Shown here: piece by piece, positions 34,639-34,713 of the stretch
Numbering within the stretch: the first letter of the stretch is position 1
Layout: each line of letters opens with the position of its first letter
From: Candidatus Micrarchaeota archaeon
Lineage (GTDB): Archaea > Micrarchaeota > Micrarchaeia > Anstonellales > Bilamarchaeaceae
Direction of reading: 5' to 3'
Assembly: GCA_964559795.1 (NCBI GenBank)
Contig: CAZLIX010000001.1
Span: forward strand, 1 to 34,713
Length of the DNA stretch: 34,713 nt
Program-made: the position numbers and the translations under genes
The notes under the pieces: generated by a model
Told to the model about the DNA's origin: nothing
What the model saw: only the letters and a program-made list of their open reading frames with translations
Database searches by the model: none

Positions 34639-34713
34639 TTACATGAATTCTTTTACTAGTTCTTTTATATCTATTTTTGAAATATCCTGATCCGCAAGCT
34701 CTGCTTTTTTTAA
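34639..34713 (-). CDS. 3' end of an unidentified minus-strand gene running off the window
   Basis: The reverse-strand frame is open to the window edge, reading ...LKKAELADQDISKIDIKELVKEFM then stop (TAA, complement of 34639-34641). Too short to identify. Confidence 0.25.
   Translation of the reverse strand, partial: LKKAELADQDISKIDIKELVKEFM

Noticed and set aside
1-34713. CRISPR arrays, IS elements/transposases, rRNA genes and long tandem DNA repeats.
   Set aside because: No regularly spaced direct repeats, terminal inverted repeats with a transposase ORF, or rRNA-like GC-rich blocks were seen by eye. The only GC-rich non-coding block is the tRNA. A computational repeat search would be needed to exclude short MITE-like elements.

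Overview
AT-rich, very gene-dense chromosomal segment: about 37 CDS and one tRNA, with mostly <100-nt spacers and many overlapping start/stop codons. All calls rest on hand motif recognition; no database search was run.

The information-processing genes are clearly archaeal:
- family-B DNA polymerase, PCNA, FEN1
- a Hef-type helicase, aMBF1, type-2 methionine aminopeptidase
- archaeal-type PheRS beta, geranylgeranyl reductase, and an intron-containing tRNA-Arg

Compactness and composition suggest a small-genome, DPANN-like archaeon; this is inference only. The rest is mainly biosynthesis: purF, a ribB / ribC-ribH / ribA / ribD riboflavin cluster, pdxS/pdxT, pyrD/pyrK, a PMM/GlmM-type mutase and a Ca2+/Na+ antiporter. 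There are also several uncharacterised surface, HEAT-repeat and coiled-coil proteins. I saw no rRNA, CRISPR array, transposase or integrase.

Most interesting observations:
1. A 369-aa minimal [FeFe]-hydrogenase H-domain protein lies in this archaeal context. It is translationally overlapped with a YkgJ-type Cys-cluster protein.
2. A glutamine-synthetase homologue has most of its metal and substrate ligand positions substituted. It is divergently paired with a PEP-utilising (PPDK_N) ATP-grasp protein that lacks the TIM barrel.
3. Archaeal riboflavin synthase is covalently fused to lumazine synthase inside a mosaic archaeal/bacterial-type rib operon, which is preceded by two perfect palindromes.
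4. One protein is built of three tandem excisionase-type HTH modules.
5. A CheY-like receiver has its N-terminal beta1/DD pocket encoded in frame but without any ATG/GTG/TTG start.
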